Source of the DNA: Acidobacteriota bacterium
GTDB taxonomy: Bacteria; Acidobacteriota; Vicinamibacteria; Vicinamibacterales; JAKQTR01
DNA: 64,000 bases
Direction: 5' to 3'
NCBI GenBank assembly: GCA_029562975.1
Contig: JAKQTR010000016.1
Location: forward strand, 124,765-188,764
Position 1 is the first letter of the stretch. Every line of letters starts with the position of its first letter. Shown here one piece after another: positions 1-8,274 of the stretch. Position numbers and translations under genes: made by a program. The notes beneath the pieces are model-generated. The model saw nothing but the letters and a program-made list of their open reading frames with translations. It ran no database searches and had not been told where the DNA came from.

Positions 1-508
1 CTCGCCAGCGGGTCCCAGCCGCGCTTCGACCTCCCTGGGAAGCGCGCCGCCGGCTGCGCCACCGTGTCATCGTCGAACGGCGGCCTGCGCCGCGGCGGTT
101 CGGGCCTGGCGAGCTGCCAGGCGGCGTTGGTCCCCGCCCATGAGCCGGCCTCGAGAAGGGGTCCTGGGCGAGCACGTCCATGCCGTCCGCGGCCTGTTGC
201 GCGAGCGGCGCGACCTGAGGCTCGCGGCACTCGACCGAGAGTTCTCCGAGGGCATCATGTGGGCCAGGCCGGAGGGCGGCCCGATCCTCTGACTGGCCTG
301 TTTGCCCGGCTTGGACGGACGCACGCGTCCGGCTGGAAGCCGCCGCAGCGCGGACGGTCGTTATCGTCGCCGGCCAGCCGCTCAGCGCCGACGGGTCCGG
401 CCGGACGACCCGGCGGCGGAGCTTCTCGACCACCGCGCCGGCGCGCATCGAGGACAGCGTTAGGCGTCCGGGCGCGTGCCTGGAGGAGGCGACAGCCGCG
501 CAAGGTTC

Positions 509-545
509 GTCACCGCAGTGACACGTTTCGCGTGACACCGGTGTC
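509..545. repeat. Operator-like cluster of GTGAC/GTCAC half-sites (inverted repeat, direct repeat and a perfect 12-bp palindrome) in non-coding-looking DNA
   Basis: Read directly: GTCAC-cgca-GTGAC at 509-522. GTGACAC occurs at 518-524 and again at 532-538. GACACCGGTGTC (self-complementary) is at 534-545. The stretch has poor third-position GC in all frames. Function unknown. Confidence 0.5.
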
Positions 546-924
546 CGAAGACCGGACAGAGATCGCCGTCGTCGCGCCTGCTCTGCGGAAAACCCGGCGA
601 TACCGGACGAGTGCCGCGCCCGTCTTCCTGGCACCGGCTTTGCTGCATCCCAGGGCATGGCTGGCGCTCCGCCGCCCGTGGCGCTCCCGCAGATCGCTGC
701 TTTGCCAGACGCGAGGCTGGGAAGGTATCGATCCATCGTCGTCGGCGTGATCGTGGGAGCGATCCTCGCGCTGACGTCGCTGCCGGCCGTGACGCTTCCC
801 CTCTGGTAGCCCACGCGCGTGAGACGGGGCCATTCCGTTTCACGCCGCGGGGCGGGACTCCCCTTCCGGTGCGGTCTTCGCGCGTGTCGCCACGCGGGCG
901 AGCCGGCGACCCGATCCGCTGGCG

Positions 925-2124
925 CTAGAGTTCCCGCAGCGCCGAGACGATGGGCAGCCTCGCCGCGCGGACGGCCGGCAGCAGGCCGCCGGCGAGACCC
1001 ATTGCGAGCGCGTAGGCGACGCCGCGTGCCACGATGCCCGGCGTGACGGCGAAGGCGAAGGTCACCTGGCTGAAGCTCTGCCAGTTCATGGTCGACGTCC
1101 GGAACCCGTGGAATGTCGCGTAGGCAATCGCGCCGCCGGCCAGGCCGCCCGATCCCGCGAGGAGCAGCGACTCCACGAGAACCGAGACGGCGACGGGGCC
1201 GCCGCCGAAGCCGAGGGCGCGCAGCACGGCGATCTCGCGGGTGCGCGCCGCCACGGCGGTGTACATCGTGTTGACCGCGCCGAACACGGCCCCGATGCCC
1301 ATCAGGAGCGCAATACCGACGCCGATCGTGGAAATGAGCGCCGTGATCATCTGCGACTGCTCGGCGTAGTAGTCCGTCTCGCGCATGACTTTGACGTTGA
1401 GCCGCGGATCGGAGGTCAGCGCGTCCTTGAACCCGGCGAACGCCTCGGGAGACTCGAGCTTCGCGTACACGGCCTGGACTGTCGTCCCGCGCTGGTAGAG
1501 CGGCTGGAGCACGGCGGCGTCGCACCAGAGCTCGCTGTCCGCCAGCGTCCCTCCCGCGTCGAAGATGCCCACGACGGTCCAGTCGCTCCGGCCGAACCGC
1601 AGCGTGCGGCCGACGGCGGTCCCCGCAAACTGCGCCGCGGCCCCCCGCCCGACGATGAGCTCGTTGCGGCCGGCCTCGAAGGCGCGTCCCTGGATGATGG
1701 CCACCTCGGGACGGACGGCGAACGCGTTGGGGCCGACGCCGCGCAGCGAGACGTTGGCCGTCGTGTTCGTGGCGCGGTTCAGCAGGTCCACGATGACAAA
1801 CAGCTCGCCCGACACCACCGCGCCGCCGGCGCCGCGGCGCAGGCCCGCCGCGTCGCCGATGACGCTCACGTCCTCGCGCGATAGCACGCTCACCATCTCG
1901 CTGTCCGAACCGGCGCGCAGGACGACAGCCGTATCGCGCGACCCGGCCGACTGCACCGTCCGCCGGAAGCCCTCGGCGGTCGAGAGGACGGCGACGAAGA
2001 TGGTGACCACGCCCGCGATGCCGACAACGGCCACGAGCGAGGAGCCGAGCCGCTGGCGGACCGTCCGCACGTTGAGCAGCGTCACGACGGCGACCTGCAC
2101 GAGCCAGCCGGCGGGGCCGCGCAC
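925..2124 (-). CDS. ABC transporter permease, MacB/FtsX type (periplasmic MacB_PCD-like domain plus FtsX 4-TM module), second of two
   Basis: C-terminal 399 codons of track ORF 925..2973; the upstream part is an Arg/Pro-rich shadow. FtsX-type motif TREIAVLRALGF and C-terminal TM helices. GTG at 2124 lies 2 nt after the upstream permease stop and is preceded by GAGGAGGG. Confidence 0.85.
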   Translation of the reverse strand: MRGPAGWLVQVAVVTLLNVRTVRQRLGSSLVAVVGIAGVVTIFVAVLSTAEGFRRTVQSAGSRDTAVVLRAGSDSEMVSVLSREDVSVIGDAAGLRRGAGGAVVSGELFVIVDLLNRATNTTANVSLRGVGPNAFAVRPEVAIIQGRAFEAGRNELIVGRGAAAQFAGTAVGRTLRFGRSDWTVVGIFDAGGTLADSELWCDAAVLQPLYQRGTTVQAVYAKLESPEAFAGFKDALTSDPRLNVKVMRETDYYAEQSQMITALISTIGVGIALLMGIGAVFGAVNTMYTAVAARTREIAVLRALGFGGGPVAVSVLVESLLLAGSGGLAGGAIAYATFHGFRTSTMNWQSFSQVTFAFAVTPGIVARGVAYALAMGLAGGLLPAVRAARLPIVSALREL

Positions 2125-2126
2125 GC

Positions 2127-3278
2127 TCAGGCCCTCCTCAGCGCGTCGACGATGCGGAGCCGCATCGCCTGGAGCGCGGGCACGACTCCGGCCACGAGTC
2201 CCAGGGCGAGGGCCAGGAAGCCGCCCCGCGCGAGATCCGCCCGGGAGAGAAACCACGCCGGGAACAGGCCGCCCGTCGGGTCGCCCGCCCGCGTGAGGAG
2301 CCAGGCAAGGCCCAGCCCGGCGGCGCCTCCCGAAACGGCCATCGCGCACGACTCGGCCATGACCAGCGCCAGCACGAGGCCGTCCGAGTACCCGAGCGTC
2401 TTCAGGACGGCCAGCTCGCTCGTCCGTTCGCGCACCGACTGCGCCATCGTGTTCGCCGCAACGAGCAGGATCGTGAAGAACACCGCGGTCACGATGACGC
2501 GGATGATCAGGCCGATGTCCCCGATCTGCCGCGCGAACGCCTGCACGAACGCCTTCTCCGTCGCCGTCTTGGTCTCGGCCGGCGAATTGGCGAACTGCTC
2601 GTCGATCCGCCGCGCGAGCGCCGCCGCGTCGGCGGGATCGCCGATGCGGATGACGTACCAGCCGACCTGCCCCTGCCAGAACGACCGCGACTCGTCGAAG
2701 TAGTCGTAGTTGAAAAAGAACTGCGTGGTGTCCACGCCCTGGTCGGCGTCGTAGATGCCGCAGAGGTTGAACTCCCAGCTGCGGCCGCCGTCGCGCTTGG
2801 TCCAGATGGTCGCCTGGATCGGGATCCGGTCCCCGACCTTCCATCCGAACCGGTCGGCCGTCTGCCGCCCGGCGATCGCGCAGGTGCGATCGGTGAGCCA
2901 GGCCCTGCGCTGGTCCTCGGGCAGGCGGTATTCGGGGTACAGCCTGAGCAGCCGCCCGGGCACGACCGGGCACTGCATGAAGAAGTTGCTCGGCTTCTGG
3001 TAGATACCGCCGAAGTAGGTCTCGTGCAGAACGTCCACGACGCCGGCGGTCGCCTCGAGGCGCGCCGTGTAGCTGTCCGGCAGCATCTGGATGATGGACA
3101 CCTTGTGCGTGACGACCAGGCGGTCGTTGCCGGCCAGCTCGACGCCCGCGGTGAACGCCGTGTTGAGCGCCGCCAGCACCCCGAACAGCAGGAAGGCGAC
3201 GAGGATCGACAGGACCGTGAAGACCGCCCTCGTCTTCCGCCGGACCAGGCTCCTCCAGATGAGCGGCCCGTACTTCAT
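2127..3278 (-). CDS. ABC transporter permease, MacB/FtsX type, first of two
   Basis: Starts MKYGPLIWRSLVRRKTRAVFTVLSILVAF (N-terminal TM). Large periplasmic domain, then FtsX motif ERTSELAVLKTLGY and 3 TMs. ATG at 3278 overlaps the ATPase stop (ATGA). The track ORF 2127..3716 is over-extended. Confidence 0.85.
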   Translation of the reverse strand: MKYGPLIWRSLVRRKTRAVFTVLSILVAFLLFGVLAALNTAFTAGVELAGNDRLVVTHKVSIIQMLPDSYTARLEATAGVVDVLHETYFGGIYQKPSNFFMQCPVVPGRLLRLYPEYRLPEDQRRAWLTDRTCAIAGRQTADRFGWKVGDRIPIQATIWTKRDGGRSWEFNLCGIYDADQGVDTTQFFFNYDYFDESRSFWQGQVGWYVIRIGDPADAAALARRIDEQFANSPAETKTATEKAFVQAFARQIGDIGLIIRVIVTAVFFTILLVAANTMAQSVRERTSELAVLKTLGYSDGLVLALVMAESCAMAVSGGAAGLGLAWLLTRAGDPTGGLFPAWFLSRADLARGGFLALALGLVAGVVPALQAMRLRIVDALRRA

Positions 3279-3982
3279 GCAGCGGGCTCCCCGACCAGGA
3301 CGCCCTTGTCGAGATGCAGGACGCGCGAAGCCCGCGCCGCCGCGTGCGGGTCGTGCGTCACCATCACGATCGTCTTGCCGTGCTCGCGGTTCAGGGCCTT
3401 GAGGATATCGAGGATCTCGTCGCCCGCCTTCCGGTCCAGATCGCCGGTGGGCTCGTCGCACAGGAGCAGCGTCGGATCGGTCACGAGGGCCCGGGCGATG
3501 CCGACGCGCTGCTCCTGCCCGCCGGAGAGCTGCCGCGGGTAGTGCCTGGCGCGATCGGTCAGGCCCACGATGGCGAGCGCCGCGGCGACATGCCGCTTCC
3601 GCTGCCGGCCCGACAGGCCCGTCAAAAGGAGCGGCAACTCGACGTTCCGCTCGGCCGTGAGCACCGGCAGCAGGTTGTAGAGCTGGAAGACGAACCCGAC
3701 GTGGCGGGCGCGCCACGCGGCCAGCCGGCCGCCCGACATCCCGTCGATGCGCTGCCCGTCCACGTCGATCGCGCCGAGGGTCGGCCGATCCAGGCCGCCG
3801 ATCAGGTTGAGGAGCGTCGACTTCCCCGACCCTGACGGCCCCATGAGGGCGAGGAAGTCGCCGCGCGGGATGTCGAGGTCGAGGCCGTGCAGGACGTCGA
3901 TCCGCTCGTCGCCCCGGCGAAAGACCTTGTGCAGGCCCCGGATACGCACCAGCACGCCGTCGGCGCGCGCCTCGTCGCTCAT
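3275..3982 (-). CDS. ABC transporter ATP-binding protein (MacB/LolD-like, stand-alone NBD)
   Basis: Walker A GPSGSGKST, signature LSGGQEQR, Walker B LLLCDEPT, H-loop VTHD. ATG at 3982 has GGAGG upstream, 13 nt after the adaptor stop. Confidence 0.92.
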   Translation of the reverse strand: MSDEARADGVLVRIRGLHKVFRRGDERIDVLHGLDLDIPRGDFLALMGPSGSGKSTLLNLIGGLDRPTLGAIDVDGQRIDGMSGGRLAAWRARHVGFVFQLYNLLPVLTAERNVELPLLLTGLSGRQRKRHVAAALAIVGLTDRARHYPRQLSGGQEQRVGIARALVTDPTLLLCDEPTGDLDRKAGDEILDILKALNREHGKTIVMVTHDPHAAARASRVLHLDKGVLVGEPAA

Positions 3983-3995
3983 GGCGCCTCCCCGC

Positions 3996-5336
3996 CTACC
4001 GGATGCGGATCCGGCGGCCATCGGCAAGGTCCGCGGGCCCTTCCACCACCACTTGCTCTCCGGCCGCGAGTCCGCTCACGACGCCGATGAGGTCGCCGCG
4101 CGCCTCGCCGATCCGGACGGCGCGGCGCTCGACCCGATCACCGGCGACCACGAACGTCACACTCTGGCCGTGGTCGGTGCGGACCGCCGATCGGGGCATC
4201 TGGATCCGCGGAGCCGGGTTCGCAGCTCCGGCCCCGGCGGCGCCCAGAAACGCCACCTTCACGCCCATGTCCGGCAGGATGCGGGCATCGAGCCGCTCGA
4301 ACCCGATCCTGACCAGCACCGTCGCCTTCTGCCGATCTGCCGTCGGCACGATCGCGATGACATGCGACGGGATGCGCCAGTCCGGGTACGCGTCGAGCAC
4401 CGCTTCCACCGCTTGCCCGGGCGCCACGCGGTTGATGTAGCTCTCGTTGACGTCCACCTCGATTTCGAGCGACGACATGTCGACTATCGTCGAGATGCCG
4501 GTGCGCGTGAAGCCGCCGCCCGCCGAGACGGGCGACACCATCTCGCCAGGCTGCGCGTCCTTCGAGATGGCGATGCCGGAAAACGGCGCGCGGATCACCG
4601 CGTCGTCGAGTTCGGTGCGGCGGACGCCCACCTGGCGCTCCTGAACCGTCACCTGCTCCCGGATGAGCGCGAGGCGCGCCTGATAGGCGTCCGCCTCGGC
4701 CTCGGCCTTGTCGAGCTCGGCCTGTCCCGCGATGCCGTCGGCCACGAGGGCCCGGGCACGATCGAGGTTCTGACGAGCTTCCTTGAGACGGACCGCGACT
4801 TCCGCTTCCTGCCGCCGAGTGGCGGCGAGCTCCGCCTCAGCGAGCTCCAGGTAGCGGCGCGGGATCGAGTCGTCGAGGCGGGCGAGGACCTGGCCCGCCT
4901 TCACCGCCATGCCTTCTTCCACATAGACCCCGGTGACCTTCCCCGTCATCTTCGACGACACCGTGGCGCGGCGCCGCGCGGTCACATAGCCCGAGGCGTT
5001 CAGCACCGGAGGCGCGCCTCCGGCGCCGCCTCCGGCGGCCTCGGTGACGACCGCAACGCGCACGGCCGCGGGGCGGGGGGCGCGGAGCCCATACCACGCC
5101 GCAGCGCCGCAGGCAGCAAGCAGCACGAAGGCGAAGATCCTCGCGCCGGCGCGGTATTGCCCGCCCTCGCGCGCGTGGTCCTCGATTCGCAAGTCGCTCA
5201 AGGACGGCCTGTCCTGGCTCATGGGGATCGACGCGCTCATTCTAGCGTCGGCGCGGCGCTGCGTCACGCGCCGCTCGCGGAACCCCGCCGGATCGGGCGA
5301 CGCCGGCGCCGGCGGCTCCGCTCGCGGGCTGGACAC
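3996..5336 (-). CDS. HlyD/MacA-family periplasmic adaptor (membrane fusion protein)
   Basis: N-terminal TM (ARIFAFVLLAACGAAAWYGL), long coiled-coil (AEAELAATRRQEAEVAVRLKEARQNLDRARAL...), then beta-barrel/MP domains. Start uncertain: GTG 5336 (third-position GC stays high from there), or ATG 5240 or 5222. Confidence 0.8.
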   Translation of the reverse strand: MSSPRAEPPAPASPDPAGFRERRVTQRRADARMSASIPMSQDRPSLSDLRIEDHAREGGQYRAGARIFAFVLLAACGAAAWYGLRAPRPAAVRVAVVTEAAGGGAGGAPPVLNASGYVTARRRATVSSKMTGKVTGVYVEEGMAVKAGQVLARLDDSIPRRYLELAEAELAATRRQEAEVAVRLKEARQNLDRARALVADGIAGQAELDKAEAEADAYQARLALIREQVTVQERQVGVRRTELDDAVIRAPFSGIAISKDAQPGEMVSPVSAGGGFTRTGISTIVDMSSLEIEVDVNESYINRVAPGQAVEAVLDAYPDWRIPSHVIAIVPTADRQKATVLVRIGFERLDARILPDMGVKVAFLGAAGAGAANPAPRIQMPRSAVRTDHGQSVTFVVAGDRVERRAVRIGEARGDLIGVVSGLAAGEQVVVEGPADLADGRRIRIR

Positions 5337-5358
5337 CGGGATTTCGTACTGATATCAT
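5330..5358 (+). promoter_or_regulatory. Candidate sigma70-type promoter for the DUF2207 gene (-35 TGGACA, 17-nt spacer, -10 TATCAT)
   Basis: TGGACA 5330-5335, TATCAT 5353-5358, in the only AT-rich patch of the divergent intergenic region. An 8-bp palindrome TGATATCA (5350-5357) overlaps the -10. Sequence match only. Confidence 0.4.
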
Positions 5359-5380
5359 AATGAAACCACTGGAGGCTGGC

Positions 5381-7096
5381 ATGCCTGTCCGGCGCCTTGT
5401 TGCCCTCTCCGCCGCGCTCGCCGCTCTGCCCGTCAGCCTGCTCGTCGGCCTGCTCGTCGGCGCCCGCCCGGCTTCGGCCTCCAGACCCTCCCGCGCCGAA
5501 CAGTTCGACGTGCGCATCCTCGTCGAGCCTGGCGGGTCGATTCGCGTCACCGAGACCATGCGCTTCTCGTTCGGGCCGAAGCCCTTGACCTCCGTCCGCC
5601 GGGAAGTGGCGCGGCACCGGACGGACGGATGGACGGTGGCGGAAGCCACGATGGATGGCGTCCCGCTCGCCAGAGGCACCAAGGCCGGCCAGTTCGAGTG
5701 GCGGCGCGAAGACAAGGGCAAGCGGCAGATCGTCTGGCACTTCAAGCCGGCGTCGAACTCGGTCCACACGTTCACCGTGACGTACGTCGCCGCCGGCGTG
5801 GCGTGGCAGGACGCCGGCAGCGACGTGCTCGCCTGGCCGCTGGTGCCGTCCGCCCGTGCGTACGACATCGAGTGCGCCTCCGGCGAGGTCGAGTTCCCCG
5901 CCTCGGCGACGCTGCTCGGAACACCCGGACTCACCCCGCCGGCCAGCCAGATGCAGGTCGGGGAGCGCCGCGTGTCCTTCACGCGCTGTCCGCTCGAACC
6001 GAACCGCTCGTGGATCGTCACGCTCCGCTTCGCGCCGGGGACGCTGCTGGCCTCCCCACCGGCGTGGCAGGCGAAGGCGAACCGCGGCCGCGCGCACCTG
6101 CCGCTCTTTCTCGGCCTGGCAGCCATGATGCTGGTCGGCGGCGTCGGGGGGTTCACGGCATTCGCTCTCGGCCACCGGGCGGCCTCGGGTGGAGACGCTG
6201 ACCGCCGCCTTCAAATGCCGCCGGACGATCTTCCGCCCGCTCTCGCCGGCGCGCTGCAGAGGCCGGCCGCGGCGGCGGGCTGGAGCGACCTGCTCGGCGC
6301 CGTGATGGACCTCGGCCGGCGCGGGGTCATCCACATCGAGGCGAAGCCCTCGAGCGGCGTCTTCAGGCAGCACGACGCCACGCTCAGCCGGGGCGACGCC
6401 CCTTCCGGCCTGCTCGCGCACGAACAGGCGCTGCTCGACATCTTCTTCACCGACAAGTCCGGGCCTCGATCGAGCGTCACGTTCTCGCAGATCGCCCGCA
6501 GCGTGTCCTCCGCCAGGCGGTGGAAGCGTCTTCAAGCTGCGGTCAGCGAGGACCTCAGGGAGGCGAGGCTGCTGGATCCCGAGCGCGAGCGGACGCGCGG
6601 ACGCGTCATCGGCCTCGGGGCCGCCATCCTCGCCCTGGCGTTCGTCGGGTTCATCTTGAGCATCGCGTTCATCGAGCGGGCCGGGGAGCCCGTGCTGGCC
6701 CTGCCGATTGCCGCGCTCATCGTCGGGATCACGGGCATCGTGACCGGCGCGCACCTGTCTCCGTTGTCGGAGGAGGCGATCGGCCGGGCCGAGCGCTGGC
6801 GCGCCTACCGGCGCTACCTGGCCGACTCCTCCACCCGGGCTGGCACGGCGGCTCGTTCGTTCGAGCGCGTGCTGCCCTACGCCGCGGCATTCGGCCTCGC
6901 CCTGGGCTGGGCGAAGCGGCTGCAGAACCTGGGCGTGACGGACGGGCCGTCCTGGATGGTGGCCGCCGCAAAGGACGGCACGGCGGTTCCCGCGAACATC
7001 GGCGACGTCGTCGCCGTCCTGTCGGCCGGATCGAGAGCCGGCAATCGCGCCGGCCGCTCTGGCGCCGGGGCCGCCTACGCCGGAGGCGCGGGCTGA
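5381..7096 (+). CDS. DUF2207-type membrane protein
   Basis: Signal/TM MPVRRLVALSAALAALPVSLLV, then N-terminal extracytoplasmic domain (FDVRILVEPGGSIRVTETMRFSF). Central and C-terminal TMs, AERWRAYRRYL motif, Gly-rich tail. ATG 5381 is preceded by GGAGG. ATG 5360 sits 1 nt after the predicted -10, so is unlikely. Confidence 0.75.
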   Translation: MPVRRLVALSAALAALPVSLLVGLLVGARPASASRPSRAEQFDVRILVEPGGSIRVTETMRFSFGPKPLTSVRREVARHRTDGWTVAEATMDGVPLARGTKAGQFEWRREDKGKRQIVWHFKPASNSVHTFTVTYVAAGVAWQDAGSDVLAWPLVPSARAYDIECASGEVEFPASATLLGTPGLTPPASQMQVGERRVSFTRCPLEPNRSWIVTLRFAPGTLLASPPAWQAKANRGRAHLPLFLGLAAMMLVGGVGGFTAFALGHRAASGGDADRRLQMPPDDLPPALAGALQRPAAAAGWSDLLGAVMDLGRRGVIHIEAKPSSGVFRQHDATLSRGDAPSGLLAHEQALLDIFFTDKSGPRSSVTFSQIARSVSSARRWKRLQAAVSEDLREARLLDPERERTRGRVIGLGAAILALAFVGFILSIAFIERAGEPVLALPIAALIVGITGIVTGAHLSPLSEEAIGRAERWRAYRRYLADSSTRAGTAARSFERVLPYAAAFGLALGWAKRLQNLGVTDGPSWMVAAAKDGTAVPANIGDVVAVLSAGSRAGNRAGRSGAGAAYAGGAG

Positions 7097-7116
7097 GCAG
7101 GCTGGCGGTTCCGGCG

Positions 7117-8214
7117 CTAGCCGACGTAGAACCTGCGCGCCCGCACCACTCCCTGGCGGCCCACGAGATCGATCCGAATGCGATGCTCACCCCACGGCAG
7201 CCGCGGCGTCTCGAAGGTGACCTCGTAGTGGCCGGTGAGCGCCTCGCCAAGGCTGGCAAAGGCCCGGTCCGGGAACACATGCGTCCTGGCGTAGAAGCCG
7301 CCGGTGTCCTCGGCGATCCGGACGAGGCCGGCCTCTAGGGTGTGGGCGTCTGCCTGGGTCAGGTCCAGGCAGTACACCGTCACGCGGGCGCGCGAGAGGA
7401 TGCGCCTGGCCCTGTCGTACTCGTCGTCGAAACCCACCATCAAGGCCCCCCACGCCGCCGGGCTGACGATGCGGCCGAACCCGTGGCCGAGAAGCACGAG
7501 CGCCTTCGGGCCCGGTACGCCGTCGAGCGCCCGGGCGAGGACAAGGAGCGCCTGTTCCATGGTCGCGGCTCGGCGCCCTGCGGCACGGTCGAAGACGGCT
7601 CGGAGCGAACCGGACGGTGCCGGCCCCGCCTCGTCGGGGGGCCGGCCCGAGGCCAGGACGGCGCGCCCGAGGATGGCGCCGAGCGCCTCCCGGTCGGTCG
7701 TGAAGTCCGTCCACAACTCGAGGTGCGACTGGAACGACGCCACCGCCACGGCGTTGTCGGGGCCGAGGCTGCCGACCAGCGCCTCGGCACGCCGCCGCAT
7801 GGCGAGGAGCCCCTCCATCCGGGAGGCGTCGAAGTCCTGCTGCACGAGCAGGACGACGCGGCGGCCCCGGGGCCGATCGTCGCCAGCGGGCGCGGCCGGC
7901 GCTCTCATCCGCCCGTCATGTGGATCGAACGACGGCGCCGCTGCCCCGGTGATCCAGCGCACCGACTCGATCGGGACGGGCTGGCCGTCTACCGTGAGGC
8001 GCAGGTCGGCGGCGCTCAGCCCGCGCAGCGGCCGCCCGTCCCCGGCGAGCACATGGACGTCGACCACGACGCGGGACACCTCGACGCGCTCGAGCAGGCG
8101 GGGCACCTGCGCCGACAGGAGCAGCGAGGCCGGAGGCGTCAGCGCCGCCGCGAGGAGGACCGTCGTCAGCCGAGGCACGGAGGGCAGTCTACCGGATGCG
8201 CCTGCCCGGCGCAC
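7117..8214 (-). CDS. VWA domain protein of the VWFA-related acidobacterial type
   Basis: Signal peptide. N-terminal module RVEVSRVVVDVHVLAGDGRPLRGLSAADLRLTVDGQPVPIESV is typical of that family, followed by a VWA-like domain. Start is GTG 8214 or GTG 8178. Confidence 0.7.
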   Translation of the reverse strand: MRRAGASGRLPSVPRLTTVLLAAALTPPASLLLSAQVPRLLERVEVSRVVVDVHVLAGDGRPLRGLSAADLRLTVDGQPVPIESVRWITGAAAPSFDPHDGRMRAPAAPAGDDRPRGRRVVLLVQQDFDASRMEGLLAMRRRAEALVGSLGPDNAVAVASFQSHLELWTDFTTDREALGAILGRAVLASGRPPDEAGPAPSGSLRAVFDRAAGRRAATMEQALLVLARALDGVPGPKALVLLGHGFGRIVSPAAWGALMVGFDDEYDRARRILSRARVTVYCLDLTQADAHTLEAGLVRIAEDTGGFYARTHVFPDRAFASLGEALTGHYEVTFETPRLPWGEHRIRIDLVGRQGVVRARRFYVG

Positions 8215-8274
8215 GGCCGGACGGTATAAGATTCAGCCGTCGCGCCCTTTGCGGCCGGTACCTACGGAGGTGTC

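Noticed and set aside
64-750. 228-aa plus ORF and overlapping 67..324-, 255..503-, 460..843-, 510..833-, 611..928+ ORFs at the left edge.
   Set aside because: Translations are low-complexity and Arg/Pro-rich. The third-position GC signal does not follow any of them continuously. Kept only as an unresolved region in findings.
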